Positions 9,205-18,621 of a DNA stretch of 32,000 nt are shown piece by piece (position 1 is the stretch's first letter; each line of letters starts with the position of its first letter). The notes under the pieces are model-generated. The model made no database searches. It worked only from the letters and a program-made list of their open reading frames with translations, and was not told the origin of the DNA. Source of the DNA: Methanopyrus kandleri AV19 (lineage in GTDB: Archaea > JAADCQ01 > Methanopyri > Methanopyrales > Methanopyraceae); NCBI RefSeq assembly GCF_000007185.1, contig NC_003551.1, positions 1,200,001-1,232,000 on the forward strand, written 5' to 3'. A program made the position numbers and the translations under genes.

Positions 9205-9351
9205 ATGGCGAGGAGGGAGTTCGGCAAGGGCGCACGCCGGTGCCGGCGCTGCGGTGACACGCACGGAGTCATACAGAAGTACGGTATCATGTTGTGCAGG
9301 CAGTGTTTCCGAGAAGTGGCCGAAAAGATGGGGTTCAAGAAGTACAACTGA
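9205..9351 (+). CDS. rps14: 30S ribosomal protein S14 type Z (uS14, zinc-binding); absent from the ORF track because it is under 60 aa
   Basis: My own translation from ATG 9205 to TGA 9349-9351: [48 protein letters not shown] (48 aa, CxxC...CxxC). SD TGAGGGGGTGA ends 6 nt upstream. Canonical position between L5 and S8. Confidence 0.93.
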   Translation: MARREFGKGARRCRRCGDTHGVIQKYGIMLCRQCFREVAEKMGFKKYN

Positions 9352-9367
9352 GGGGGGTTAGTGTCGC

Positions 9368-9760
9368 TTGACCTTGATGGACCCGCTCGCGGACGCGATG
9401 GCCACGATCAAGAACAACGAGATGGTAGGTAACAAGGAGTGCGTGATCGAGCCGGCATCCAAGCTCATCGGCCGCGTGCTGAAGGTAATGCAGGAGTACG
9501 GTTACATCGGTAGCTTCGAGTTCATCGACGACGGTCGCTCCGGGAAGTTCCTCGTCAAGCTGGTCGGCCGGATCAACGACTGCGGTGTGATCAAGCCCAG
9601 GCACCCGGTCAAGAAGGACGAGTGGGAGTACTGGGAGCAGCGCTACCTGCCGGCCCGAGACTTCGGTCTCCTGATCGTGACCACTCCCGAGGGCGTCATG
9701 AGCCACTACGAGGCGAAGGAGAGGGGCATCGGCGGACGGCTGCTCGCGTACGTGTACTGA
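9368..9760 (+). CDS. rps8: 30S ribosomal protein S8 (uS8)
   Basis: 130 aa. [43 protein letters not shown]...[12 protein letters not shown]. Confidence 0.96.
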   Translation: MTLMDPLADAMATIKNNEMVGNKECVIEPASKLIGRVLKVMQEYGYIGSFEFIDDGRSGKFLVKLVGRINDCGVIKPRHPVKKDEWEYWEQRYLPARDFGLLIVTTPEGVMSHYEAKERGIGGRLLAYVY

Positions 9761-9773
9761 GGGGGACCGGACC

Positions 9774-10388
9774 GTGGCGGAGGCCAAGTTCGAACCCGCG
9801 AAGGACGCCATTCCCGGCGTCATCGTGATGGAGGAACGCGTCAAGATCAAGGACGACGTCGAGATCGAGATCTCCCAGCGCGAGGACCGGCGGTACGAGG
9901 TCACCGTCAAGGGTCCGAAGGGCGAGGTCACGAAGGAGTTCTACTACCCGGACGTGTACCTCTGGGTCGAGGACGACGAGGTCGTGATCGCCGCCACGAG
10001 GTCCAACCGGCGTCAGAAGGCCATCCTAGGCATGATCAAGGCCTACATCGAGAACATGCAGAAGGGCGTCACCGAGGGCCACGAGTACAAGCTCAAGCTG
10101 GTGTACTCGCACTTCCCGCCGGAGGTCAAGGTGGATCAGAAGGAGGGCAAGGTCTACATCGAGAACTTCATGGGTGAGAACGTGCCGCGCGTCGCCGAGA
10201 TCGTGGACCCGGAGAACACCGAGGTCATTGTGCAGGGCCAGGACATCATCGTGCGTGGTATCGACAAGGAGGCTGTCGGACAGACCGCCGCGAACCTGGA
10301 GCAGGCCACGTACATCAAGGATCGGGACCCGCGTGTGTTCCAGGACGGTATCTACATCGTCGAGAAGGACGGCAAGAAGATCGTGTAA
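9774..10388 (+). CDS. rpl6: 50S ribosomal protein L6 (uL6)
   Basis: 204 aa. [14 protein letters not shown]...[10 protein letters not shown]...[21 protein letters not shown] 9774 is supported by the SD TGAGGGGGA. An internal ATG at 9828 has no SD. Confidence 0.93.
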
Positions 10389-10400
10389 GGGTGAGGTGCC

Positions 10401-10796
10401 TTGGTCCGGAACCCGAACCTCTCCAAGGAGGAGGAGCGCCTGCTCAAGCTCCGGGAGGAACTCAAGCGGAAGAAGCCGAAGTTCCGCCGGCAGGAGTGGC
10501 ACCGGTACAAGAAACTGGGTGAGAAGTGGCGCCGGCCGAAGGGCCGCCACAGCAAGATGCGCAGGAAGCTCAAGAGCAAGCCGAAGATGCCGAACCCGGG
10601 GTACGGCTCCCCGAAGAAGGTCCGAGGCCTGCACCCGTCCGGGTACGAGGAGGTGCTGGTGTACAACCCGAAGGACCTGGAGAAGATCGACCCGAAGCGT
10701 CAGGCCGCGCGCATCGCCAGTCGAGTGGGTAGGAGGAAGCGCCAGGAGATCCTCGAGAAGGCCGAAGAACTGGGGATCGTCGTCCTGAACGCGTGA
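10401..10796 (+). CDS. rpl32e: 50S ribosomal protein L32e (eL32)
   Basis: 131 aa. [30 protein letters not shown]...[21 protein letters not shown]. Confidence 0.95.
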   Translation: MVRNPNLSKEEERLLKLREELKRKKPKFRRQEWHRYKKLGEKWRRPKGRHSKMRRKLKSKPKMPNPGYGSPKKVRGLHPSGYEEVLVYNPKDLEKIDPKRQAARIASRVGRRKRQEILEKAEELGIVVLNA

Positions 10797-10802
10797 TCCG
10801 GG

Positions 10803-10810
10803 TTTTGTTG
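10803..10810 (+). terminator. Oligo-T tract (TTTTGTTG) 7 nt after the L32e stop; candidate archaeal terminator of the r-protein transcript
   Basis: One of few T-rich tracts in this GC-rich window. It sits in the 16-nt gap between the convergent L32e and purM stops. Confidence 0.5.
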
Positions 10811-10812
10811 AC

Positions 10813-11841
10813 TCAGAGTTTCACCTCGTGCCCGTCCATGTGGACGACCACCCCGCGTCCCTCCTCCACGTGTCCCACGATCTTCGCCTCCACGTGCTTC
10901 GACACCGTGTCGACGACGTCTTCGGCCTCCTCCTCCGGGACGATCAACGCCATGCCCATTCCCATGTTGAACGTACGGTACATCTCTTCGACGGGCACGT
11001 TCCCCAGCTCCCTGATTATCTCGAACACGGGATGCGGCTCGAACGGGTCGTCCAGCACGTAGCGCACGTCGTCTCGGAGCCGCTTCAGGTTCTCCACTCC
11101 ACCCCCGGTGATGTGGGCGATTCCGCGCACCTCGTAGTCCCGCAGTACCTCCATCACGGGCCGGACGTAGATGCGCGTCGGTTCGAGGAGCTCCTCGGCC
11201 ACGGTCCTACCGTGCGGGAGCTCGTCGTGCACGTCGTACTCCGAGAGGAGGACCTTCCTAGCTAGCGTCAGGCCGTTGCTGTGGATCCCGGAGCTCCGCA
11301 GTCCCACGATCGCGTCGCCGGGTTCCACGTCCTCCCCCGTGATCGGGTCCCCCTCGACCCGACCCAGACAGGCGACCACGAGGTCGAACCCACGTCCTTC
11401 CTCCTTTCCGCGGATCACCTCCGGGAGCGTCGCCAGCTCGCCGCCGACGATCGGGGCACCCGCCTCTCGGGCTCCCTTGCCGAGTCCCTCCGCGATCTCC
11501 GCGCAGACGTCGGGGTCGGGATCCTCCATCGCCAGGTAGTCGAGGAAGGCCAGCGGCCGCGCCCCGAGGCACACCGCGTCGTTCGCGTTCATGGCTATCG
11601 CGTCGATGCCGACGGTGTCGTACCGGCCGACCAGCTGGGCGACGAGGACCTTGGACCCCACGCCGTCCACGTTGAGCGTCAGCAGTTCCCCGTGCACCTC
11701 GAGCACGGCGGCGTAGTGGCCGATGCCCTCGACCTCCCGGCAGCCCTCCGGCTCCACCTTGTACTTCTCCAGCACGTCCCGGATCGCCCGGACGGCGAAC
11801 GCCTCCTTGTCGATGTCCACTCCGGCGTCCTTGTAGGTCAT
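10813..11841 (-). CDS. purM: Phosphoribosylformylglycinamidine cyclo-ligase (AIR synthetase)
   Basis: 342 aa from ATG 11841 (MTYKDAGVDIDKE..., the canonical PurM N-terminus). Also GIGHYAAVL, DGVGSKVLVA and SGIHSNGLTLARKV. The first 70 codons of the ORF-track form (to 12051) are R/S-rich junk overlapping the upstream gene and were trimmed. Confidence 0.92.
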   Translation of the reverse strand: MTYKDAGVDIDKEAFAVRAIRDVLEKYKVEPEGCREVEGIGHYAAVLEVHGELLTLNVDGVGSKVLVAQLVGRYDTVGIDAIAMNANDAVCLGARPLAFLDYLAMEDPDPDVCAEIAEGLGKGAREAGAPIVGGELATLPEVIRGKEEGRGFDLVVACLGRVEGDPITGEDVEPGDAIVGLRSSGIHSNGLTLARKVLLSEYDVHDELPHGRTVAEELLEPTRIYVRPVMEVLRDYEVRGIAHITGGGVENLKRLRDDVRYVLDDPFEPHPVFEIIRELGNVPVEEMYRTFNMGMGMALIVPEEEAEDVVDTVSKHVEAKIVGHVEEGRGVVVHMDGHEVKL

Positions 11842-11863
11842 CTCGGACAACTCGTCGTACCCC

Positions 11864-13843
11864 CTAAGTGAGACGGAAGCACTCCAGGTTCTCGGGCGCC
11901 ATGGAAAAGACCTTCCTGACCGTGCGGCGCAGGTGGTTGGAGAAGTACTTACACGCGCGCGGCTCGCCGTGGTTCGTGAAGACCTTCGACGGCGGCGACG
12001 GACGTATCGACCGCACGTATTTGGTGAGCTCGATCTTGTCGCCGTGTCCACTGAACCCGCTCACGGTCTCGACGCGGAGCTCGATCCGTAGGGTCTCCGT
12101 CTTGCCCGTGGGCGTGGGCAGCGGGACCTCCTTGGCACCCTCCTGGATCTGCCTTCCGAGCGTGCCCTCGGCCTGGTAACCCACGAAGATCAGCGTGTTC
12201 TTGGGATCGTCGGAGAGCTCGCGCAGGTACTCCAGGATCGGGCCCCCCTCGAGCATACCCGAGGTCGAGAGGATGACCGCGGGTTCGTCGTCCTCCATGA
12301 TCGCCTGGCGGTGGTCCGAGCCCTCCACGGGCTCGAAGACTTCCGAGGTGAACGGGTCGTCGTCCTCGTGTAGGATCCTGTGCTGCAGGCGGCGGTTGAG
12401 GTACTCCGGGTACGCCGTGTGGATGGCCGTCGCCTCGTAAATCATACCGTCCAAGTACACCGGGCCCTCGAGCTCGTCCTTGCGGTGCATGTCCTCCAGG
12501 ACGAGCATGACCTCCTGGGCGCGTCCGACGGCGAAGGACGGTATGAGCACCTTACCGCCCTTCTTCAGCGTGTCCCGCACGATCTTCCTGAACCGGTTCT
12601 CCTCCTTACGACGGCTCCCGTGTCGCGAGTCACCGTAGGTGGCCTCGACGACCATCGAGTCGACCCGCTTGAACCGGTTGTCCGCGCCCTCGAGCAACCG
12701 GGACGGGGTCGGGTTGATGTCGCCCGTGTACACGAAGTTGTGGCCCTTGTCCTGGAGGAACACGTGCACGGAGGCCGATCCCAGGATGTGTCCGGCGTTG
12801 TAGAAGGTGATGCTCATGTCGGGCGTGATGTCGGTGGGCTCCCGGTAGTCGATCGTGATCGTGCGCTTGATGACCTTCTTGACGTCCTTCTCGGTGTACG
12901 GGGGCTCCTGGCCGCGCTTCTCGAGGACCTTGATGTAGTCCGTCAAGAGCAGGTACATGAGGTCGCGGGTCGGCGGCGTGCAGTAGACCGGGACCCGGCT
13001 CTCGATGACCTTGTGTCGGTAGAAGTACGGCAGGAAGCCGCAGTGGTCCAGGTGTGCGTGCGTGATCACGATCGCGTCGAGGTCGTCCATACGGAACTCC
13101 GGGACGTTGAAGTGCGGATAGGCGTCCGTACCGTTCGCGGCCACGTTCACACCGCAGTCCAGGAGCACGCGGCTCTCCTCGGTGTGTAGGAACAGTGAGG
13201 AGCGTCCGACCTCCTGGAAGCCTCCCAAGGCGCTGACCCGGGCCCACCGTGACTCGGTGCCGCGGCTCCGCGTTCGACCGCAGAAGATCCGGGCGCTGAC
13301 GTTCCTCAGGAACTTGCGGCGCGAGTCGTCCGAGAGTATCAGTCGGCGTGTCGTGTTCACGGTCTTCGACGGGATCGGTGGTTGCCTGTAGATCCGCGGT
13401 ACCCAGCCGGTATCCCGGGAGATCCTGTGCACGTTCTTCCCGCGCTTGCCGATCACCAGTCCGGGTTTCTTCGAGAAGATCACTACCTCTCCGGTGTCCA
13501 GGAACAGCAGGTCCCGTTCGCTGACCCCGGCCTCCTCCGGGATGATCTTCAGGATGACCTTCTTGGCCTCCTTGGCCGGGGAGAGCGCGGCGGGATTAGG
13601 TCTTATCTTGACACGTTTCCTCAGGGCTTTAGCCAATCTCGTGACCAGGTCCGAATCGTCCTTGACGAAGGAGTGCGGTGAGTTGGTGTACAGGACGACC
13701 TCGGGACCTTCGAAGTCTACGTCGGTCACGACGACGTCCGAAGGCAGCACTTCCTCGACTCTCTCCATGACCTTCTTTTTGACCTCTTCCAACGTCTTTT
13801 CGCCGCCTCTTCGCTCGCTCAACGCATCCGCCCCTGGCTTCAC
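11864..13843 (-). CDS. fttA: aCPSF1/FttA: KH-domain plus beta-CASP metallo-beta-lactamase ribonuclease (archaeal transcription termination factor family)
   Basis: 659 aa. N-terminal KH region (VTDVDFEGPEVVLYTNSP, IGKRGKNV), MBL motif AIVITHAHLDHCGFLPY, and beta-CASP C-terminal half (FSGHGD). GTG start preceded by GGTGATCACC. Confidence 0.92.
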   Translation of the reverse strand: MKPGADALSERRGGEKTLEEVKKKVMERVEEVLPSDVVVTDVDFEGPEVVLYTNSPHSFVKDDSDLVTRLAKALRKRVKIRPNPAALSPAKEAKKVILKIIPEEAGVSERDLLFLDTGEVVIFSKKPGLVIGKRGKNVHRISRDTGWVPRIYRQPPIPSKTVNTTRRLILSDDSRRKFLRNVSARIFCGRTRSRGTESRWARVSALGGFQEVGRSSLFLHTEESRVLLDCGVNVAANGTDAYPHFNVPEFRMDDLDAIVITHAHLDHCGFLPYFYRHKVIESRVPVYCTPPTRDLMYLLLTDYIKVLEKRGQEPPYTEKDVKKVIKRTITIDYREPTDITPDMSITFYNAGHILGSASVHVFLQDKGHNFVYTGDINPTPSRLLEGADNRFKRVDSMVVEATYGDSRHGSRRKEENRFRKIVRDTLKKGGKVLIPSFAVGRAQEVMLVLEDMHRKDELEGPVYLDGMIYEATAIHTAYPEYLNRRLQHRILHEDDDPFTSEVFEPVEGSDHRQAIMEDDEPAVILSTSGMLEGGPILEYLRELSDDPKNTLIFVGYQAEGTLGRQIQEGAKEVPLPTPTGKTETLRIELRVETVSGFSGHGDKIELTKYVRSIRPSPPSKVFTNHGEPRACKYFSNHLRRTVRKVFSMAPENLECFRLT

Positions 13844-13887
13844 CGGTGATCACCGGGGTCGATTGTCCGGGGGAGGGGGCTGAGGGA

Positions 13888-14547
13888 TCACGAGAGGAGC
13901 TTCTCCACCTCCTCCTCGGGTAGCTCTCGGTACCCCTCCTCCCGGGTGATGGTTACCACGGTCACCCCCTCACCGGTACCGGTATCGCGTTCGAGCGCGG
14001 ATTTCACGGCCCGGACGGCCACCTCGATCGCGTCGTCCAACGACATCCCTTCCTCGTACTCGGCCTCCAGCACACCGTAGGCCGTCGGAGAGCCAGAACC
14101 CGTGGCCGTGTAGTCCTCCTCGATGATCGATCCGCTGGGGTCCAGGTTGTACAGCGCCGGATCGTCGTCGTTGAACCCGCCCACGATGAGTTGCACGAGG
14201 TACGGGCGGAACGCCTTGAGGCTCGAGTGCAGCACGTGCGAGATCATGTTGGCCAGCGCCCTGGCGCTGATCATCCGGTTGTGCCTCAGCTCGTACAGTC
14301 TGGCCTCCGCCCGCATGAGGTCGACGATCTTCTGGGCGTCGGCCACCGAGCCGGCCGTGGTCACGCCGATGTAGTCGTGGATGCGGAAGATTTTCTTCAC
14401 CTGCTTGCCCGCGATCAGGTTGCCCATCACGGCTCGCCGGTCGGCGGCCAACACGACCCCTTTATCGGCCAGTATGCCGACGGTCGTGGTTCCCTTAGTG
14501 AGCTGGTCCAGCTCCTTCATCACGTCACTCAACTGCAAACCGGACAA
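13888..14547 (-). CDS. psmB: Proteasome subunit beta
   Basis: 219 aa. Propeptide followed by the active-site TTTVGILADKGVVLAADRRA. An alternative ATG at 14520 would give a 10-aa propeptide. Confidence 0.93.
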   Translation of the reverse strand: MSGLQLSDVMKELDQLTKGTTTVGILADKGVVLAADRRAVMGNLIAGKQVKKIFRIHDYIGVTTAGSVADAQKIVDLMRAEARLYELRHNRMISARALANMISHVLHSSLKAFRPYLVQLIVGGFNDDDPALYNLDPSGSIIEEDYTATGSGSPTAYGVLEAEYEEGMSLDDAIEVAVRAVKSALERDTGTGEGVTVVTITREEGYRELPEEEVEKLLS

Positions 14548-14562
14548 CCCCTGATTCCAGTT

Positions 14563-15966
14563 TCAGTACGTTTTCGCGATACGGACGGTGTACTCGGCTG
14601 TTTCACCACAGATCGGACACCTTTCGAATTCGGTGTCTTCTTCGGGGTACGGCGTACCGAGAACGTCTCCACCAAACTCCTCCTCCATACGTACACCGCA
14701 GCGCTCGGAACCGCACCAACCGGTCTCGACGATCCCCTCACCAACCAGTCTTCGTGCTTCCTCCGGGGAGTCCGTTCGGAATATACCCTTTTCGAACTTC
14801 TCGCGGGCTCGCTTCCGCAGCTCCATCGCGATGTCTTCCAGCAGCTCAGGGACGACGTCGGGCAGTTCTTCGAACGCGTACGTCTCGCGCTCGAGCTCGT
14901 CCCTCCGGAAGACTACCGCGGTACCCTCCTCGAGTTCCCGGGCTCCGAGCTCGATACGCAGCGGGACACCCTTCAGCTCCCAGTAATGGAACTTGCGTCC
15001 CGGGCTCATGTCGCGGTCGTCCACCTTGACCCGGACTCCCTCCTCCCGCAGCATCTCCTCGACCTCCGCGGCACGTTCCAGGATCTTCCGCCGGACTCCC
15101 TTCTTCAGTATGGGGACCATCACAACCTGGTACGGAGCCACGTCCGGCGGTAGCACCAGGCCGCGCTCGTCCCCGTGTATGGCTATCATCGAGGCCACCA
15201 CTCGGTCCGATATACCGTAGCAGGTCATGTACACGTACTCCTGGTCACCCTCCTCCGTCTCGTAGGTGACCTCGAACGTTCTCGCGAAGTTCTGGCCGAG
15301 CATGTGGACGGTACCGATCTGCAGCGTCCGACCGTCCGGCATCAGCGTGTCGAAGGCCACCGTGTACTCGGCGCCCGGGAACTTGTCCCACTCCGGTCGC
15401 ACCGACGCGATGTACGGGATCCCGAGCTCGTCGAAGAACGACGAGTAGATCTCCACCGCCTCCTTGACTTGCTCCTCCGCCTCCTCCTCGGTCGCGTGGG
15501 CTGTGTGGGCTTCCTTGAACGTGGTGATCTCCCGCATCCGGATCAGCGGTCGGGTGTGCTTCGTCTCGTACCGGAAGGTGTTCACGATCTGGAATATCTT
15601 GAGCGGTAGGTCGGCGTGTGACCTGATCCACAGCGCGAACATCGGGTAGATCGCCGTCTCGCTGGTCGGCCGCAGCGCCAGCTTCTCGTCGAGCTCCTTG
15701 AGACCCCCGTGGGTCACCCAGTACACCTCGTCCTCGAACCCTGCTATGTGCTCGGATTCCTTCTTCAGCTGGGTCTCCGGAATCAGCGTCGGGAACAGTA
15801 CTTCCTCGTGCCCGGTCTCCCTCAGCTTGCGCCTCAGCTTCTCGACTACCCGCTGTCGGATCTCGAACCCATACGGTAGCCACACGTACATACCCTTAAC
15901 GGGGTACCTCACGTCCATTATCTCCGCGCTGCGCAAGACCTCCGCGTACCACTCCGAGAACTCCAA
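14563..15966 (-). CDS. proS: Proline--tRNA ligase (archaeal/eukaryotic type)
   Basis: 467 aa. [31 protein letters not shown], class II motifs ([39 protein letters not shown]), and a C-terminal zinc-type CGSERCG...CPICG. TTG start after GAGGGGTGA. Confidence 0.94.
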   Translation of the reverse strand: MEFSEWYAEVLRSAEIMDVRYPVKGMYVWLPYGFEIRQRVVEKLRRKLRETGHEEVLFPTLIPETQLKKESEHIAGFEDEVYWVTHGGLKELDEKLALRPTSETAIYPMFALWIRSHADLPLKIFQIVNTFRYETKHTRPLIRMREITTFKEAHTAHATEEEAEEQVKEAVEIYSSFFDELGIPYIASVRPEWDKFPGAEYTVAFDTLMPDGRTLQIGTVHMLGQNFARTFEVTYETEEGDQEYVYMTCYGISDRVVASMIAIHGDERGLVLPPDVAPYQVVMVPILKKGVRRKILERAAEVEEMLREEGVRVKVDDRDMSPGRKFHYWELKGVPLRIELGARELEEGTAVVFRRDELERETYAFEELPDVVPELLEDIAMELRKRAREKFEKGIFRTDSPEEARRLVGEGIVETGWCGSERCGVRMEEEFGGDVLGTPYPEEDTEFERCPICGETAEYTVRIAKTY

Positions 15967-15993
15967 TCGATCACCCCTCGGGGTCGACGGAAG

Positions 15994-17055
15994 TTGAGCG
16001 TTCCCAAGAAACGCATGCAGCTCCCGAGAGAGGTCGTCGTGGGTTCGAACGTGCTCCCCGAAGTTCCGAAGCTCCTACGTAGCGTCGGAGTACCGGACGG
16101 AGTCGTCGCGGTGTTCTCCGGGCGAACTACCATGAAGATCGCGGGGAACGAGGTCGCCGACCACCTCGAGGAAGCCGGGTACCAGACGTCACCGGTGATC
16201 GTCAAGGGGTCGACCGGGGACGACGTGAAAAAAGCTTTGGAGGCGCTGGACGAGATCGACGCGGACGTGGTAGCCGCGGTGGGCGGCGGTAAGGTCATCG
16301 ACGTGGCGAAGGTGGCGTCGTACCGTCGGGGTATCCCGTTCATCAGCGTCCCCACATCCGCCTCCCACGACGGCATCGCATCACCGTTCGCCTCCATCCG
16401 CCGGGAGGGACGGCCGTACTCCGAGCCCGCCCAGGCTCCACTGGCCATCCTGGCGGACATAGAGGTCATCCGAGAGGCCCCGGAGCGCCTCATCCGCGCC
16501 GGGGTCGGGGACGTCGTCTCCAACGTGACGGCGGTGAAGGACTGGCGACTGGCGCACCGGCTCAGGAACGAGCCCTACAGCGAGTACGCGTCCTCCCTAT
16601 CGCTGATGGCGGCCCGGATCGTGATGAAGAACGCGAAACCCATCGGCAAGCTCCTCCCGGAAGGCATCAAGAAGCTGGTTCAAGCGCTCATCAGCGGCGG
16701 GGTGGCTATGAGTATCGCGGGCTCCTCCCGACCGTGCAGCGGGTCGGAGCACCTCTTCAGCCATGCCCTGGACGTGATCGCGGAACGTCCGGCGCTTCAC
16801 GGCGAGCAGTGCGGGGTCGGCACCATCATCATGGAGTACCTGCACGGGGGCAACTGGCGGGAAATCCGTGAGACGCTCGAAACGGCGGGCGCACCTACCA
16901 CGGCCGAGGACCTAGGGGTAAGTGACGAGGAGATCATCGAAGCGCTCTGCCGGGCGCACAAGATACGTCCGGACCGGTACACCATCTTGGGGGATAAAGG
17001 ACTGACGCGCGAGGCCGCGGAGAGGGCGGCCGAGGAGACGGGCGTCATTCAGTGA
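15994..17055 (+). CDS. egsA: sn-Glycerol-1-phosphate dehydrogenase
   Basis: 353 aa. [50 protein letters not shown] and [11 protein letters not shown]. Hallmark enzyme of archaeal ether-lipid synthesis. Confidence 0.93.
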
Positions 17056-17713
17056 ACCGCTCTTCGAACACGACCTCTTCCACGGCGTCGTCGTACTCTA
17101 TCATCAGCTTCGCGAACCTCTGCTTCGCCCGGGCCCACGCCGGATTGGCGGCGTCGTCGCCTTCCACCCTGACGCGCAGCGTGTTCCCGTCCAGCTCCAG
17201 CTCCGCGTCGACGGATGGCACCATCGTCTCCAGCAGGCCCTCCGCCCGCTCCACCGTGTCCTCCAGTACGTCCACGACTTCCACCTCGTACACCAGCGCT
17301 TTACCCGCCAGCGGGTGGTTGAAGTCGACCCTCACCCGTCCACCGTCGACGCTGAGCACGCGACCGCGCCGGCCGTCGGGACTTACGACGGTATCCCCGG
17401 GCTTCACGCTCCCCCTGAACTCGGACTCACGGTACGTCCGGACCAGCGATGGGTCACGCTCCCCGAAGGCCTTCTCCGGGGGCACCTCGACCTCCAACTC
17501 GTCCCCTGGTTCCGCGCCCACCAGTGCCTCCTCAACCGGTTCCCATACCATTCCGGCTCCGACCACGACCACCACCGGGCCGGACTCGACGTTCAGATCG
17601 TGCTCTTCCGCGACCTCCTTCCGTGTGGTGTCGATTACCTCGTCGGTGTCCTTCACGCGTCCCGTGTAGTGGATCTTCACGAAGTCACCCTTCTCAACGG
17701 CCACGACGATCAA
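17045..17713 (-). CDS. FKBP-type peptidyl-prolyl cis-trans isomerase, long SlyD-like archaeal form with IF insert
   Basis: 222 aa. [12 protein letters not shown]...[22 protein letters not shown] 17713 overlaps the sufBD stop (TTGA). GTG at 17704 has better SD spacing (GAGGGG plus 9 nt) and may be the true start. Confidence 0.88.
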
Positions 17714-18621
17714 CCCCTCAGCATCGCGTTCACGAGTAGTTCGACGGCTTCTTCCTCCGAGAGACCTCGGGACATCAGGGTCTCGACCTCCTTCTTCTCC
17801 ACGGTACCCAGGGCGGCCTCGTGCGTCAACCGGGCGCCTGGGTGGACCACCCGCAGCTTGGGAACGCTGACGACCTTCCCACCTCCTTTAATGATCTCCG
17901 AGCACTCTACGTGACCGCGGGCGCCGTCCGCCTCCCCTGAGATCTCACCGACCAGCTCGACGAACGCGCCGTCGATCGCCGCCGCCTTGAAGTCCAGGAG
18001 GGTCCGCGCGTCCTCCCCGGTCAACCTGACGCTCTCCACTGCCCGGACGCGATCCTCCCCGACGGCCCTCAGCCTCGCCACTCCCTCCATGGTGGCCCGC
18101 TCCTCGACGCGGGCGCCCATCTCCCACTCCAGCTCGCCGACCCGACCCTCCGTGAGCCTGAACTCGGTCACGAAGGACGCCTCGGGCTTCACGGACACGT
18201 CGTACTTGGCCTTCAGCCGTACGCCTCCCTCCCCGTGGTAGTGCACGTCCGTAACCTTCACGTCCGCGCCCTCACCGATCTCGAACTCGGCTTCCATCTC
18301 GTGCACGACGTCGCGCGCTCTCGGGAACGAACAGTGGGACATCAGCTGTATCTTCGCCTCTGGCTCCACGATCAGCCTCGTCACGATCCGCTGGACTCCC
18401 TCCGGCCATGGAACCCCCACGCACATGTGGATGGGTTCGTCGAACTCGTACCCCTCCTTCACCACGAGCTCGGCGACGACGGTGTCGTCTTCCTCCTCGG
18501 CGTTGAGCTCGAGGCCCTCCGCCCCCTGCACGTTCACGACCTTGTTCTCGATGATCACGATCCGCGGCGTGTCCGGACCCGCGTGATAACCCGTAGGCTT
18601 GAACACCTCCTCGGGGCTCAC
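17710..18621 (-). CDS. SufB/SufD-family Fe-S cluster assembly protein (short archaeal form)
   Basis: Beta-helix-like repeats and the C-terminal VSVPKLRVVHPGARLTHEAALGTVEKKEVETLMSRGLSEEEAVELLVNAML, typical of SufBD. I start it at GTG 18621, which forms a GTGA overlap with the sufC stop. The ORF-track start at 18660 would overlap sufC by 43 nt. Confidence 0.85.
   Translation of the reverse strand: MSPEEVFKPTGYHAGPDTPRIVIIENKVVNVQGAEGLELNAEEEDDTVVAELVVKEGYEFDEPIHMCVGVPWPEGVQRIVTRLIVEPEAKIQLMSHCSFPRARDVVHEMEAEFEIGEGADVKVTDVHYHGEGGVRLKAKYDVSVKPEASFVTEFRLTEGRVGELEWEMGARVEERATMEGVARLRAVGEDRVRAVESVRLTGEDARTLLDFKAAAIDGAFVELVGEISGEADGARGHVECSEIIKGGGKVVSVPKLRVVHPGARLTHEAALGTVEKKEVETLMSRGLSEEEAVELLVNAMLRG

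Noticed and set aside
11842-12051. 70-codon N-terminal extension of purM in the ORF track
   Set aside because: The extension (MDTATRSSSPNTCGRYVRRRRRRSS...) is junk-like and overlaps the aCPSF1 gene. The canonical PurM N-terminus MTYKDAGVDID starts at ATG 11841.
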